NCBI GenBank assembly: GCA_035221665.1
Contig: CM069148.1
Location: 49,910,001-49,974,000 of the forward strand
Length of the DNA: 64,000 nucleotides
Direction: 5' to 3'
Source of the DNA: Okamejei kenojei
Lineage: Eukaryota
The notes under the pieces are model-generated. The model worked only from the letters and a program-made list of their open reading frames with translations. It was not told the origin of the DNA and ran no database searches. Position numbers and translations under genes: made by a program. Shown here piece after piece: positions 25,449 to 37,970 of the stretch (positions are counted from its first letter, which is position 1; each line of letters starts with the position of its first letter).

Positions 25449-25602
25449 NNNNNNNNNNNNNNNNNNNNNNNNNNNNNNNNNNNNNNNNNNNNNNNNNNNN
25501 NNNNNNNNNNNNNNNNNNNNNNNNNNNNNNNNNNNNNNNNNNNNNNNNNNNNNNNNNNNNNNNNNNNNNNNNNNNNNNNNNNNNNNNNNNNNNNNNNNNN
25601 NN
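25449..25602. other. Assembly gap (N run)
   Basis: 154 consecutive N. Confidence 1.
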
Positions 25603-26094
25603 ACAACATCGCCCGCTGCCTTGGGCCGTCATGTTCCCAGTGCCACCGCCCAAAGGGGGAGGCAGTTGGGATCTCCTCGTCCCGCCTTCCCTTCCTCCGC
25701 ATCCAACCCGAAAGGTGTGGGGGCCCGGAGGTGCAGGTGCTTCAGACAAGCGGAAGGGAGTTCTCCTCCCTCTCACGGCCTCGGGCATGCGGAGGATTAG
25801 TTTCTAAAAGCGATTATGCCATTGGCGGGAGTGGCACGCAGCGGCCGGGTACAGGAGGCGGGCGGGGTGGGGTTCCCCAATTGGGGCAGTCGGGGGAAAA
25901 ATGGGGGGGGGGGTTTGGAGAAGGGAGGAAGACGTGGCGGGGGGTGAGAAGGTGATGTGCGGGGAGTGGGGGGGACTTTGAGGTGGGTAAGGGAATGAAG
26001 AGTGGAGTGGGGGGGGCGAAGGGAGGAAGAGGGGGGAAAGGAAGTAGAAGAAGGGAAAAAGAAGCGGCTCAGGCACGCGACAAGCGTTGCAAAT

Positions 26095-26970
26095 TAGACC
26101 AATAGACAACATTGCCTGGACGGAGTAGGCATTCGGTCCTTTTGAGCAGTCACCGCATTCATGTGATCAGGCTGTTCATCCCCAATCATTAACCCCCGTT
26201 CTGCCTTCTCCGTATCTCAGACTCCGCTATCCTCTATCTAGCTCTCTCTTGAAAGTATCCAGATAAACTGGCCTCCACCGCCCTCTGAGGCAGGGAATTC
26301 CAACAGGACCACAACTCTCTGTGCGGAGAAAAAAGGTTTCCTCGTTCTCTTGTTCTAAATGGCTTACTCCTTATTCGTAAAACTTGTGGCCCCTGGTTCT
26401 GGACTCCCCACTTCGGGAACTGTTTCCTGCCTCTGGCGTGTTCCAAACCCTTTAAATCTTGTAAGTTCAATGAGATCCCCTCTCTCTTTCCAAACACCAG
26501 TGTACAAGCCCAGCCGCTATTCTTCAGCATATGACGTCCCGCCATCCGGGGGAATTTACCTTGTAAACCTCGTGCATCCCTCAATAGCAAGAATGTCCTT
26601 CCTCAAATTAGGGGACTCACAAAACTGAACTCAATACTGCAGGTGTGGTCTCACTAAGGCCCCTGTAAACTGTAGAAGGACCTTTTGCGCCTATACCGAT
26701 CCTCTTGTTTTTTAAGGCCAACATGCCCATTCGCTTTCTTCACTACATGCTTACGGGCATGCTTTACTTTCATAGACTGATGTCAAGGACCCCCAGATCC
26801 CGTTGTACTTCCCCTTTTCCCAACTTGCCGCCATTTAGACAGTAATCTGCCTTACCTCACATTTATCCGCATTAAACTTCATCTGCCATGCATATGACAC
26901 TCCCCCAACTGTCAAGTCATGCAGCCTCCTCACTGTTAACACTGCACCCAGCATGGAGTCACTGCAAATT
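26095..26970 (-). mobile_element. Degenerate CR1 3' fragment (family D-like)
   Basis: Reverse-complement similarity to 39580-40627, with an (aatagac) tail remnant. Confidence 0.65.
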
Positions 26971-27329
26971 TGCTAATTTTGATTCTGTTGTGTTGTTCCC
27001 ATAAAGGGCCTGTCCCACGTTATGGATTCTTTGGTGCGACTGACGGCTTTTTAAAACCGTCATGATGCTCCGCAGTCGCAGTAAGAAATTGCAAAGTAGG
27101 ACAGGCCTTTTCAGGAACACCAGCCCCGCCCCCCAAATTTGCAGCGGTGTCGGGTTTACATCACAAACACGCTGAACTCCACAGGGCAAGGCAGAGAACA
27201 AGATAAGGCAGGAGCTCTCTAAGAAACACAGGACACAAGTTTGTCAGTCCATCGCTGTCCCACATCAGCCAGCTTTTCCTTCGCTTGCAAGCGGGCAAAA
27301 TTGGGCCAAAATGATGTGAAAGGTGAGAT

Positions 27330-30300
27330 GCGTTATGGAATAAAAGTATAGTATATAAATGCGCACAAGGATAAGAAGTAAAGTAGATGAGCTTGAGGTT
27401 CAGTTAAAAGTTGGTAGATATGACATTGTGGGGATTACTGAGGTCGTGGCTGCAGGAGGATCCGGGCCTGGGAACATAATATTCAGGGTTTTATACATCC
27501 TTTAGAAAGGACCCCCACTGGCAGGTGGGCTGAGGAAGGGAGGGTAGCTCTGCGGTGGGAATGGAATTTCAGTCCCTTGCGGAGGGAAGACCTACGGACT
27601 GACGAGGTAGAGCCACTGTGGATTGAGTTGAGGATTGTAAAGGCAAGAAGACACTACTTGGTGTTTTCTACAGACCCCAAATGTAGTTGGGATGTAGATG
27701 TAGTTGCAGTCAGGAGTTAAAAACTGGCATGGTAACAAAGGGTAATGCCACTGTGGTGATGGGGGATTTCAATATGAGGTAGACTGGGAAAATCAGGATT
27801 GTTCAGGACCAAGAAAGAGCGTTTGTAGAATGTCTCCGAGATGGATTCTTAGAGCAGCTTTTGTAATGAGCCGACCAGAGAAAAGGCACATTCTGGTTTA
27901 TTGTTGTCCAATGAAACAGATATGATAAGAACCGAGGTAAGGAAAACCGCTTGGGAGGTTGTGATCATAATATGATTAGTTTTAATCGCAATTTGAGAAG
28001 GAGACGTTAAATTGGAAGTGACGTGATGCAGGTTTGAACAAAGAGGGACTATGGAAGGGCATGAGAGGGGAGCTGGCCAAAGTAGATGGAAAGGGATTCC
28101 TAGCAGGATGAATGGTGAATTTCAGGGCATAATCCAGGAAGCCAGGATATTTCATTCCAAATAGGAAGAAAGATTCTAAGCGGACTAGCAACCTGTGGAT
28201 GACATAGAGAGTTAGGGAGAGAATAAAAAACTAAATGTAAGATGTTAAAACAGCAAAGAGTAGCCGGAAGCAGAGGAGTGGAAACTTTTAATAGGACAAC
28301 AGAAGGAAAACTATATGGGCACAATACGGCTGAAAAGAGGATGTATGGGGAACTGGACAGAATATAACGATGGACAGTAAAAGCTTCTTTATATATGTTA
28401 AGGGAAAAAGTGTAGCAAAGGTAAATGGGTGGGTTCACTTGACGCAGAACGGGTGAAATTATTATGGGCAACAAGGGAAATGGCAGAAGAGTTGAAACAG
28501 ATATTTTGGATCTGTCTACACTAACGAGGACCACAAACAATACCAGCTGTATGGAGGAGAGAAGATCTGAGGGGGTAAAGGAATGAAAGACAATTTTCAT
28601 TGGCTGAGAAATAGTATTGGTAGGCATAATGGGGACTGGAGGATGATAAATCCTGGCTGATGGTCTGCATCCAGGGTCCTTCGAGGGGGTGCTTAGGAAA
28701 ATAGTGGATGCATTTGGTGTTCATTTTTCCAAAGTCAAATTGATTTCAGGAATCGTTCCTGTGGAATTGGCGGATAGCTAATGTCATCCCATTTTCAAGA
28801 CAGGAGCGAGAAGAAAACGGGGAATTACTGACTAGTTAGCCTGACTTCGGTTGGTGGGAACGATGGTGGCGTTTTATTAAGGAGGTAATAATGGGCCATT
28901 TGGTTAGCAGTAAAAAGGATATAGACCAAGTCAAACATGGATTTATGAAACGGGAAAATCTTGCTTGAATAATCTTCTCGAATTTTTTGAGAATGTGACA
29001 AGAGTAAAATGGATGAAGGGTGCAGTGGATGTAGTGTATCTTAGNNNNNNNNNNNNNNNNNNNNNNNNNNNNNNNNNNNNNNNNNNNNNNNNNNNNNNNN
29101 NNNNNNNNNNNNNNNNNNNNNNNNNNNNNNNNNNNNNNNNNNNNNNNNNNNNNNNNNNNNNNNNNNNNNNNNNNNNNNNNNNNNNNNNNNNNNNNNNNNN
29201 NNNNNNNNNNNNNNNNNNNNNNNNNNNNNNNNNNNNNNNNNNNNNNNNNNNNNNNNNNNNNNNNNNNNNNNNNNNNNNNNNNNNNNNNNNNNNNNNNNNN
29301 NNNNNNNNNNNNNNNNNNNNNNNNNNNNNNNNNNNNNNNNNNNNNNNNNNNNNNNNNNNNNNNNNNNNNNNNNNNNNNNNNNNNNNNNNNNNNNNNNNNN
29401 NNNNNNNNNNNNNNNNNNNNNNNNNNNNNNNNNNNNNNNNNNNNNNNNNNNNNNNNNNNNNNNNNNNNNNNNNNNNNNNNNNNNNNNNNNNNNNNNNNNN
29501 NNNNNNNNNNNNNNNNNNNNNNNNNNNNNNNNNNNNNNNNNNNNNNNNNNNNNNNNNNNNNNNNNNNNNNNNNNNNNNNNNNNNNNNNNNNNNNNNNNNN
29601 NNNNNNNNNNNNNNNNNNNNNNNNNNNNNNNNNNNNNNNNNNNNNNNNNNNNNNNNNNNNNNNNNNNNNNNNNNNNNNNNNNNNNNNNNNNNNNNNNNNN
29701 NNNNNNNNNNNNNNNNNNNNNAGTCCCTTGCGAGGGGAAGACATACGGGACTGACTGGGTAGAGCCCACTGTGGATTGAGTTGAGGAATTGTAAAGGCAA
29801 GAAGACACTAATTGTGTTTTTCTTACAGACCCCCCAAATAGTTGCCCGGATGTAGGCTGTAAGTTGCCAGCAGGAGTTAAAATGGCATGACTAACAAAGG
29901 TAATGCCACACTGTGGTGATGGGGGATTTCCAATATGCAGGTAGATGGGCCAAAATCAGGGGTGGCTTCAGTGACCCCAAGAAAGAGAGTTGTGTTAGAA
30001 TGTCTCCGAGCATGGATTCTTAGAGCAGACTTGTAACTGGAGCCGACCCAGAGATAAGAAAAAGGCAATTCTGGTTTTTTAGTGTTGTCCAATGAACCTG
30101 ATATATGATAGAGAACCCGAGGTTAAAGGCACCGCTTGTAGGTTGTGATCATAATATGTTAGTTTTATCTGGCAATTTGAGAAGGAGAACGTTAATGGAA
30201 GTGACAAGTGATGCAGTTGACAAATGGGGACTATGAAGGCATGGAGAGGGGAGCTGGCCAAAGTAGACCTGGGAAAGGTGATCCTAGCAGAATGAGGTGG

Positions 30301-32686
30301 AATTTCTGGGCAAATCCAGAAGACCCAGGATCATTTCTTTCCATATAGGAAGAAAGATTCTAAGCGGACTGCAACTGTCTGACAAGAGAATTCGGGATAG
30401 AAAAAACTAAAAGAAAAGATGTATAACAACAGCAAAGAGTAGCCGAAGCCAGAGGATGGGAAACTTTCATAGGGACAACAGAAGTAAACAAAATGGGCAA
30501 TACGGCTTGAAAGAGGAAGTTTAAAAAATATGAAGGGGGGGGAAACTGGCCAGGAATATAACGAAGGACAGAAAAGCTTCTTTATATATGTAAAGGGAAA
30601 AAAGTAAAGCAACGTCAAATGGTGGGCCCCTGAAGGCAGACACGGGTGAAATTATTATGGTCAACAATGAAAATGCAGAAGATTTTGAACAGATAATTTG
30701 GATCTGTCTCACTAACAGAGGATAGTATTTTCACAAACAATACAAACAATCACCCAGATGTACTGGAGGAAGAGAAGATCTGAGGGGGTAAAGAACTGAA
30801 CGAGAAGGAGTTTCATTAGGCGAGAAATAGTATTGGGTAGGCTAATGGACTGGAGGATGATAAATCCCCTGGGCCTGATGTTGTGACGCTGCATTGGGGG
30901 GGGGTACCCCCCTGTTTTAGGGTTGGTTGTAACCATCATCTTTTTAAGACAGGGAGAAAGAATACAGGGAAATTATAGGCCAGTTAGCCTCACATTGGTA
31001 GAAATAGTGGATGCTGATCGATTATTACAGATGTAATTGCAGAGCATTGGAAAGCATGACAGGATCGGGTTCAAAGACACATGATTATGTGAAAGGGAAA
31101 TCGCTTAACAAATCTTCTGGAATATTTTGAGGATGGGGTTGTTGTATTCTGCATCGTCCTTCGGAGGCTGCTCTAGAAATAGTGGACCATTTTCCAATGT
31201 TCAAAGAGATCAGGATCATTCCTGTGTATTGGAGGATAGCTAATGTCATCCCACTTTTCAAGAAAGGAAGCGAGACAGAAAACGGGGAATTACAGACCAT
31301 TAGCCTGAACTTTCGTTGGTGGGAAAGATGGTGGAGTCCCTATTATTTAAAGAGGTAATAATGGGCCATTTGGATAGCAGTAAAAGGATTAGTCCAAGTC
31401 AACATGGATTTATGAAACGGAAATCTTGCTTGAATAATCTTCTCGAATTTTTTGAGAATGTGACAAGTAAAATGGATGAAGGGGTGCCAGTGGATGTAGT
31501 GTATCTAGACTTTCAGATAGCCTTTCCTAAGGTCCCGCACGGGAGACTGGTGACTAAAATTAGAGCACATGGTATTGGGGGAAGGGTGTTGGATAGAAAA
31601 TTGGTTGGCAGACCGGAAGCAAAGAGTAGGAGTGAACGGGTCCTTTTCAGAATAGCAGGCAGTGGCGAGTGGAGTACCGCAAGGCTCAGTGTTGGGGCCG
31701 CAACTGTTTACCATATATATTAATGATTTGGAAAAGGGAATTAGGAGCAACACTAAGGGGGAAAGTTTGCAGATGACACAAAGCTGGGTGGCAGTGTGAA
31801 CTGTGAAGCGGATGTTAGGAGGTTGCAGGGGGACCTGGACAGGTTGAGTGAGTGGGCAGATGCGTGAGATGCAGTATAATTAAGATAAATGTGAGGTTAT
31901 CCACTTTGGCGGCAAAAACAAGGGGGCAGATTATTACCTCAATGGGGTTAGGTTAGGTAAAGGGGAGGTACAGCGAGATCTGGGTGTCCTTGTACCCCGG
32001 TCACTGAAAGTTGGCTTACAGGTACAGCAGGCAGTGAAGAAAGCTAATGGAATGTTGGCCTTCATAACAAGAGATTTCTGTACACTGAGTAAAGAGGTTC
32101 TTCTGCAGTTGTATAGGGCTCTGTGAGACCACATCTGGAGTATTGTGTACAGTTTGGTCTCCTAATTTGAGAAGGACATCCTTGTGATTGAGGCAGTGCG
32201 GCGTAGGTTCACGAGATTGATCCCTGGGATGGCGGGACTGTCATATGAGGAAAGATTGAAAAGACTATGCTTGTATTCACTGGAATTTAGAAGGATGAGG
32301 GGATATCTTATAGAAACATATACAATTATAAAAGGACTGGACAAGCCAGATGCAGTAAAAATGTTCCCAATGTTGGGTGAGTTCAGAACCAGAGGCCACA
32401 GTCTTAGAATAAAGGGGAAGTCATTTAAGACTGAGCTGAGAAAAATACTTTTTTACCCAGAGTTGTGAATTTATGGAATTCCCAGCCACAGAGGGCAGTG
32501 GAGGCCAAATCACTGGATGGATTTAAGAGAGAATTGGATAGAGCTCTAGGGGCTAGTGGAGTATGGGGAGAAGGCAGGCATGAGTTATTGATAGCGGACA
32601 GTCAGCCATGAACACAATGAATGGCGGTGCTGGCTCGAAGGGCCGAATGGCCTCCTCCTGCACCTATTTTCTATGTCTCTATGTTT
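27330..32686 (+). mobile_element. CR1 family B ORF2 (APE to RT to 3' tail), indel-rich and duplicated across an N gap
   Basis: Degenerate APE start near 27350 and RT fragments at 31316-31723 and 32184-32468. Tail ctatgtctctatg at about 32671-32683. Confidence 0.8.
29045..29721. other. Assembly gap (N run)
   Basis: 677 consecutive N. Confidence 1.
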
Positions 32687-33119
32687 AGGTTGCACGGCGG
32701 GACTTTAGGTGGCCATTGGCACCCGGACAACCGTTAATTTTGAGTCCTGCCAAGCAAATTAAACTACAAACTTGTATGTGTTTGGAGTGTGGGAAGAAAT
32801 CCAAAGATCTCGGAGAAAACCCACATGGTCACGGGGAGAACGTACAAACTCTGTACAGACAGCACATGTAGTTAGGATTGAACCTGGGTCTCAGCCGCTG
32901 TAAGTGTTTTAAAGCAATACAACTGTACTGCCACCATGCCGCCCCTAATTGGTATTTGGCTGCACAGTCGTGAGTGTATAAGGATTATAGAAGGGGGCTG
33001 AGAACACATCCATGCAGGGCACCAGTGTTGAGGGTTATTGTAGTGGATGATTTGTCACCGTTCCTTACTGATTGTGGTCTGTCGGTCAGGAAGTAGAAGA
33101 TCTAGTTCAGATGGTTCTA

Positions 33120-34504
33120 CAGGGCTCGAAATTAGCGGTTGCCCGGGTGCCAATGACCACCCAAAGTGCCGTTGGGCAACCTAAACGCCGACTCATTTTG
33201 CCTGGCTTGGCACGCAAATACTGGTTTATACCGATTGACACAAAAAACTGGAGTAACTCTGCGGGTCAGGCAGCATCTCTGGAGAATAGGAGCGTGACGT
33301 TTCGTGTTAACGGCGGCGGCTGTATTCCTCTAGTATCTTTGTTTGTGGGGCAAAGATACTAGGTGCAGGGTGACGAAGGATCGGAGCGAATGATGGGTCT
33401 CGAACAGTGGCAACAGCCCCCGCACCCCGCCCGGCGGAAGGAGGCCTCCCTCTCTCTCCCTCCCTTCCTCCTCCCGGCCTCGGTGTGCGAGATGGGTTGT
33501 TTTGAAAGCGCAGTTGGTGGATTTGCAGCAGTATCTTTTGATCTGCAGACAACGGCCGCTATCGCCTTGATAACGTGCGCTGCCTGCAAACCTGCTAACG
33601 GCGCTTTCAAAACAACCCCTCTCGCATGCCGAGCGAGAGAGAGGGAGGCGGAGGCCTCCTTCCGCCGTGTGAAGCAGCTGTACCAAAGATCCTATAGCTA
33701 TAGGATCTTTGAGCTGCACCGCTCGGCCCTGCACCTTGCTGTTGGCTGGCGGAGGAGGGGAGCGGATGCAACGAGTTCCCAACCACCTCCCCCTTTGGCG
33801 GCATCACTTTGGCGTTGGACAGGACGGCCAAGGCAGCGGGCGATGTTGTCTGAGGAGCACTGACCTTCCTTCCTCCCCACCTCCTCTGCCCCTTCCCCCC
33901 CCCCCCTCTCTCTCTCTCTCTGTGTCGTACGCCCATCCTCTCCATCCCGCACTGATCCTCATTCCCGCCTCTATTCAGTTCTCACTGACATCCCCTGTGC
34001 TCCCCTCCCCATCTACCCCACCCCCCCCCAATCTATTAATCACCCTACCCACCTCGCATTGATTCTCCTGCCACCCCCCCTCATCCATTCCTACACTGGT
34101 CCCCCAATTCATCCTGTACTGACCCCCCATCCCATCCATCCTGCACTTCTCCCCCCCATTCATCCTGTACTGATCTTCCCCCATTCATCCTGTTCAACCA
34201 TTCTTCAGACTGATGGGTTTCGGCCTGAAACGTTGCCTATTTCCTTCGCTCCGTAGATGCTGAGTTTCTCCAGCACTTTTGTCTACCTTCGATTTTCCAG
34301 CATCTGCAGTTCTTTCTTGAACATAATATGTGAATGCTTCATTGAGCATAATTCTGACTGGTAACTACGCACTTCGTCCGAGCACATTATCGCACACGTC
34401 ATGCAAACCGCCTTAAATGACCACCTAAACTGTCATTTGGCAGCCTAAAAAGCTGTCAAGGTTGCCCGGCTGCAACAGGGAAAAAAAGTTAAGCGAGAGC
34501 CCTG
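33120..34504 (-). mobile_element. Second, shorter copy of the CAGGGCTC 5-bp-TSD DNA transposon, opposite orientation
   Basis: Ends cagggctcgaaatt...ttaagcgagagccctg. TSD ttcta at 33115-33119 and 34505-34509. 34323-34504 is the reverse complement of about 19736-19918. Confidence 0.8.
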
Positions 34505-36225
34505 TTCTACCTCTGTTCAAGAAATGCAAGAGGTTGAGCAGGCTAGGACTTTATTCCTTGGTGCACAGGAGTATGAGCGTGATATTATAGAGGTGTACAA
34601 ATTCATAAGAGGAATAGATCAAGTAAATTCACAGACTCTTGTGCCCAAAGTAGAGGAATCAAGAACCCAAGGACATGGGTTTCAGGTGAGGGGGAAAGAT
34701 TTAATAGGAATCGGATGGGTATTTTTATTTTACACAAAGGGTGGTTGGTGTATGGAACGAGCAGTTGGAGGAGGTAGTTGAGGCAGGTGCTATCACAACA
34801 TTTAAGAAACATTTCACAGGTACTCGGATAGGACAGGTTTAGAGGGATATCGGCCAAACGCACGCAGCTGGGACTAGTGTAGATGGGCATGTTGATAGGG
34901 ATGATAGATTGGGCCGAAGGGCCTGTTTCCATGCTGTGTGACTCTAAGTGGACATGCAACAGACTCCACTGGTGGTGCAGGATATGGTTTATCTGGGAAC
35001 AAAGCAGAAGCAGCCTGGAGGACGAGCACTTCATAAATAAAACTTGGATAACTTGCAACCCAGCGGTATGAATATTGAGACTCAAGGAACTGCAGATGCT
35101 GGTTTACAAAAAAACTTCCACAAAGTGCTGGAGTACTCAGCCGGTCAGACAGCATCTCTGGAGAACATGGATAGGCAACGTTTTGGGTCGAAACCGTTCT
35201 TCAATGGAAATTGAAATCTCAAATTTCCCTGTCCAATGACCTGGCTTTTGTCTTGCTTTTACCTCCAGCCTATGTCCACATATCTGCCAATCACCCCCCC
35301 CCCCCCCCCCCCCCCACCACCACCACCACCTTCACCTTTAGGGCGGCCCAATGGTGCAACGGTGGAGTTACCGCCTCCAGCGCCAGAGACCCAGGTTAAA
35401 TCCCTACGGGTACTGTCTGTACGTAAATTGTACGTTCTCCCCGTGACCTGTTCAGGTTTTCTCCGAGAACTTTGGTTTCCTCCCACACTTCAAGGACGTA
35501 CAGGTTTGTAGGTTAATTGGTTTGGTGTAGATGTGAATTGTCCCTGGTGTGTGTAGGATAGTGATAATGTGCGGGGATCGCTGGTCGGTGCACTCGCTGG
35601 GCCTGTTTCCTTGAGTTTAAGCAATACCTAATTATCTGGTAGATTACTGAAGTGCCTGATCACAAATACCAACACTAACCCTTCAACATTCTAAAATGAA
35701 CACATAAAATCACTCATCACTATTAAAGAGGGTCCCTATCATCTACCCACTAGTGAAGCCGCAACCAACATCAGTGACAACAAATTTCCTCTCCATGATC
35801 TCGTGGTCTTTGTGAGATTTTCCATGTGCAAACTAGATCACTGTGTTTCTAATATTGCAACTGTGATCATGCTTAAAAAATACTAACAATTCAAGGAAAT
35901 CAGGGACATTTTACGGAAGAGATAGATTGATAAGTACGGGTGTCAGGGTTATGGGAAGAAGGCAGGAGAATGGGGTTGAGGGGGCGAGTTAGATCAGCCA
36001 TGATTGAATGGTGGGGTAGACTTGATGGGCCAAAAGACTGCTTCAAATCCTTTCAAATCTGGGCAGCACGGTGGCGTAGCAGCAGAGCTACTGATTTACA
36101 GTGTCAGAGACCTGGGTTCAATGAAGTACGTTCTCCCTGTGACCTGCGTGGGTTTTCTCCGGCAGCTCCGGTTTCCTCCCACACTCCAAAGACATACAGG
36201 TTAATTGTGTAGTTGAGTAGTGTTA

Positions 36226-36629
36226 TGCCCCTGTCCCACTTAGGAAATCTGAACAGAAACCTCTGGAGACTTTGCGCCCCACCCAAGGTTTCCATGCGGT
36301 TCCTGTAGGTTTTGTCAGTCCCCTCTTTCCCTAATGGTTGAAAGTGGTTGCCGCTTCTATGTTCCGGCGATTATTTCAAAAAATTCAAAACCGGCCATGA
36401 CTAAAAATAGGTTGCCGTTTTTAAAATCGGTAATTTTTTAGTCGAAGTGGGTTGCAATGCTAGTTGAAGGTGGTTGCCGGAGGTTGCAGGTTGTGGAAGG
36501 TAAGACCTTTTTTTCACCCAGTTTTATTAAGGGGACTGACAAAAACCTCCGGGAACTGCACAGAATCCTTGGGTGGGGAGCAAAGTCTCCAGAGGTTTCC
36601 GTTCAGGTTTCCTAAGTGGGACAGGGGCA
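36226..36629. mobile_element. PIF/Harbinger-type MITE inserted in a V-SINE
   Basis: Long TIRs tgcccctgtcccacttaggaaa...tttcctaagtgggacaggggca. 3-bp TSD TTA at 36223-36225 and 36630-36632. Confidence 0.85.
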
Positions 36630-37970
36630 TTAGTGTGCGGTGATCACTGGTCGGTGCAGACTCGGTGGGTTAAAGAGCCTGCTTCCACGCCAAATCTCTA
36701 AACTAAACAAAAAAACTAAACTGTCATTGCAAATGTGTAACTGAAACGGGGTTAATGACCAGAAAGTTGGAAAAGGATATACTGACTGCAAAAGCTGCAA
36801 TAGTGTCATTAAGCACAAATGGTTGACTAATAATCTTCCGGAAGAGATACCTTACTCCGTTTTGCTAGTCTGTGCCCGACCCTAGACCTACACCACAGTG
36901 CTTCTCTGTGGTAATGTAACAAGCCACTACTGCCACTTTCAAACAGAATAAAACTGGTTGTGTGAAGATAGAATCACATTGCTGGAGTAGCTGAGTATAA
37001 CAGGTATACTGAGATGCCATATCCATGGACAGGTACGTGCATAAGTAAGGTTAGACCGATATAGTCCAAACGCAGGCAATTGGGACCAGCGTAGATAGGA
37101 CATCATGGTCGGCAAGGACGACTTGGCCCAAATGCGAGCTGGAGAAACAACACGTCATATGAACATTGAATTCTTCAATTGTAAGTAACCAATAATACCA
37201 CTCCCTTCTCCCCCACCCCTCCCCTCTGCCCCACCTCAACTTGTCTCACACCTTCTGTCTTTTCATCTCTGGCCTTTGACTAACCATCTGCCTTGGCTTG
37301 TACCTCCTCTCTTTCAGCATTCTCTCCACCCCCCACGCCCCACTTGTCTGAAGAAGGGTCCCAACGCAAAACATCGCCCAACCATGATCTCCAGAGATTT
37401 GTGGGAAGGAACTGCAGATGCTGGTTTACACTATAGATACAAAAAGCTGCAGTACCTCAGCGGGACAGGCAGCATCTCTGGAGAGAAGTTTTGGGTTGTG
37501 TCTCCTCCTTTGGTGTCAACTAGGTCGAAAATAGACGCAAAATGCTGGAGTAACTCGTGACAGATCGCCCTGTTTCAGTAGTTCTTAGTTATTTTAGTAT
37601 TCCTTCACACGTCTAAAATATTTCCACTCCTTCACAAAATATATCTACTTAGCAAAAACAAATCAAACGATAATTACATTACATTATATAACCTGCAATA
37701 CGTTTCTGGACAACGTTTTTGGGCGCGGCTCTCTGAGCTTCGATAATCACATTTGAAACTGCAAGGACTGCACTCTGCAAAGAGCCCGCGCATTGTCAGC
37801 GTTGCAAAGAATAATGAGATGCCATAGAGTTTTTATGGTTGAATGGAAAGTGCAACTTGCAGGGAAAAGAGTGTTTGAGGGAGAGAGGGAGAGAGAGAGC
37901 GAGGTGGAGAGGGCATTGGAGAGAGAGAGGGAGAGGGAGAGATAGAGAGGGGGTGGGCATTGGCCGTTAC

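Larger units (their letters stand above)
19736..32749 (+). mobile_element. Non-autonomous DNA transposon (CAGGGCTC termini, 5-bp TSD; hAT-like), carrying nested L1 and CR1 copies
   Basis: Ends cagggctctcacttaa...ttaattttgagtcctg. TSD ccaag at 19731-19735 and 32750-32754. Internal homology to the inverted copy at 33120-34504. Strand is arbitrary. Confidence 0.75.
19610..32945 (-). mobile_element. V-SINE split into 19610-19735 and 32750-32945 by a DNA transposon
   Basis: The 3' half with its (tttag)n tail and the 5' half with V-core and head rejoin seamlessly across the duplicated ccaag. Confidence 0.75.
19180..33105 (-). mobile_element. Rex1/Babar-like LINE fragment (19180-19609 and 32946-33105) split by a SINE and its nested cargo
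   Basis: KFTDDTIIVG RT motif on - at about 19562-19591. The RT sequence resumes after the SINE head at 32946. Confidence 0.5.

Noticed and set aside
25076-29808. ORFs of 170-300 aa containing X runs
   Set aside because: They stay open only because they cross N gaps.
33307-33952. Overlapping GC-rich ORFs on both strands
   Set aside because: They are internal sequence of the non-autonomous DNA transposon, with a short internal duplication and no protein motifs.
36840-36960. Possible extra minus-strand exon (gtaag donor-like near 36851)
   Set aside because: No convincing acceptor or domain-like translation, and exon 1 already joins the IgV exon in frame.
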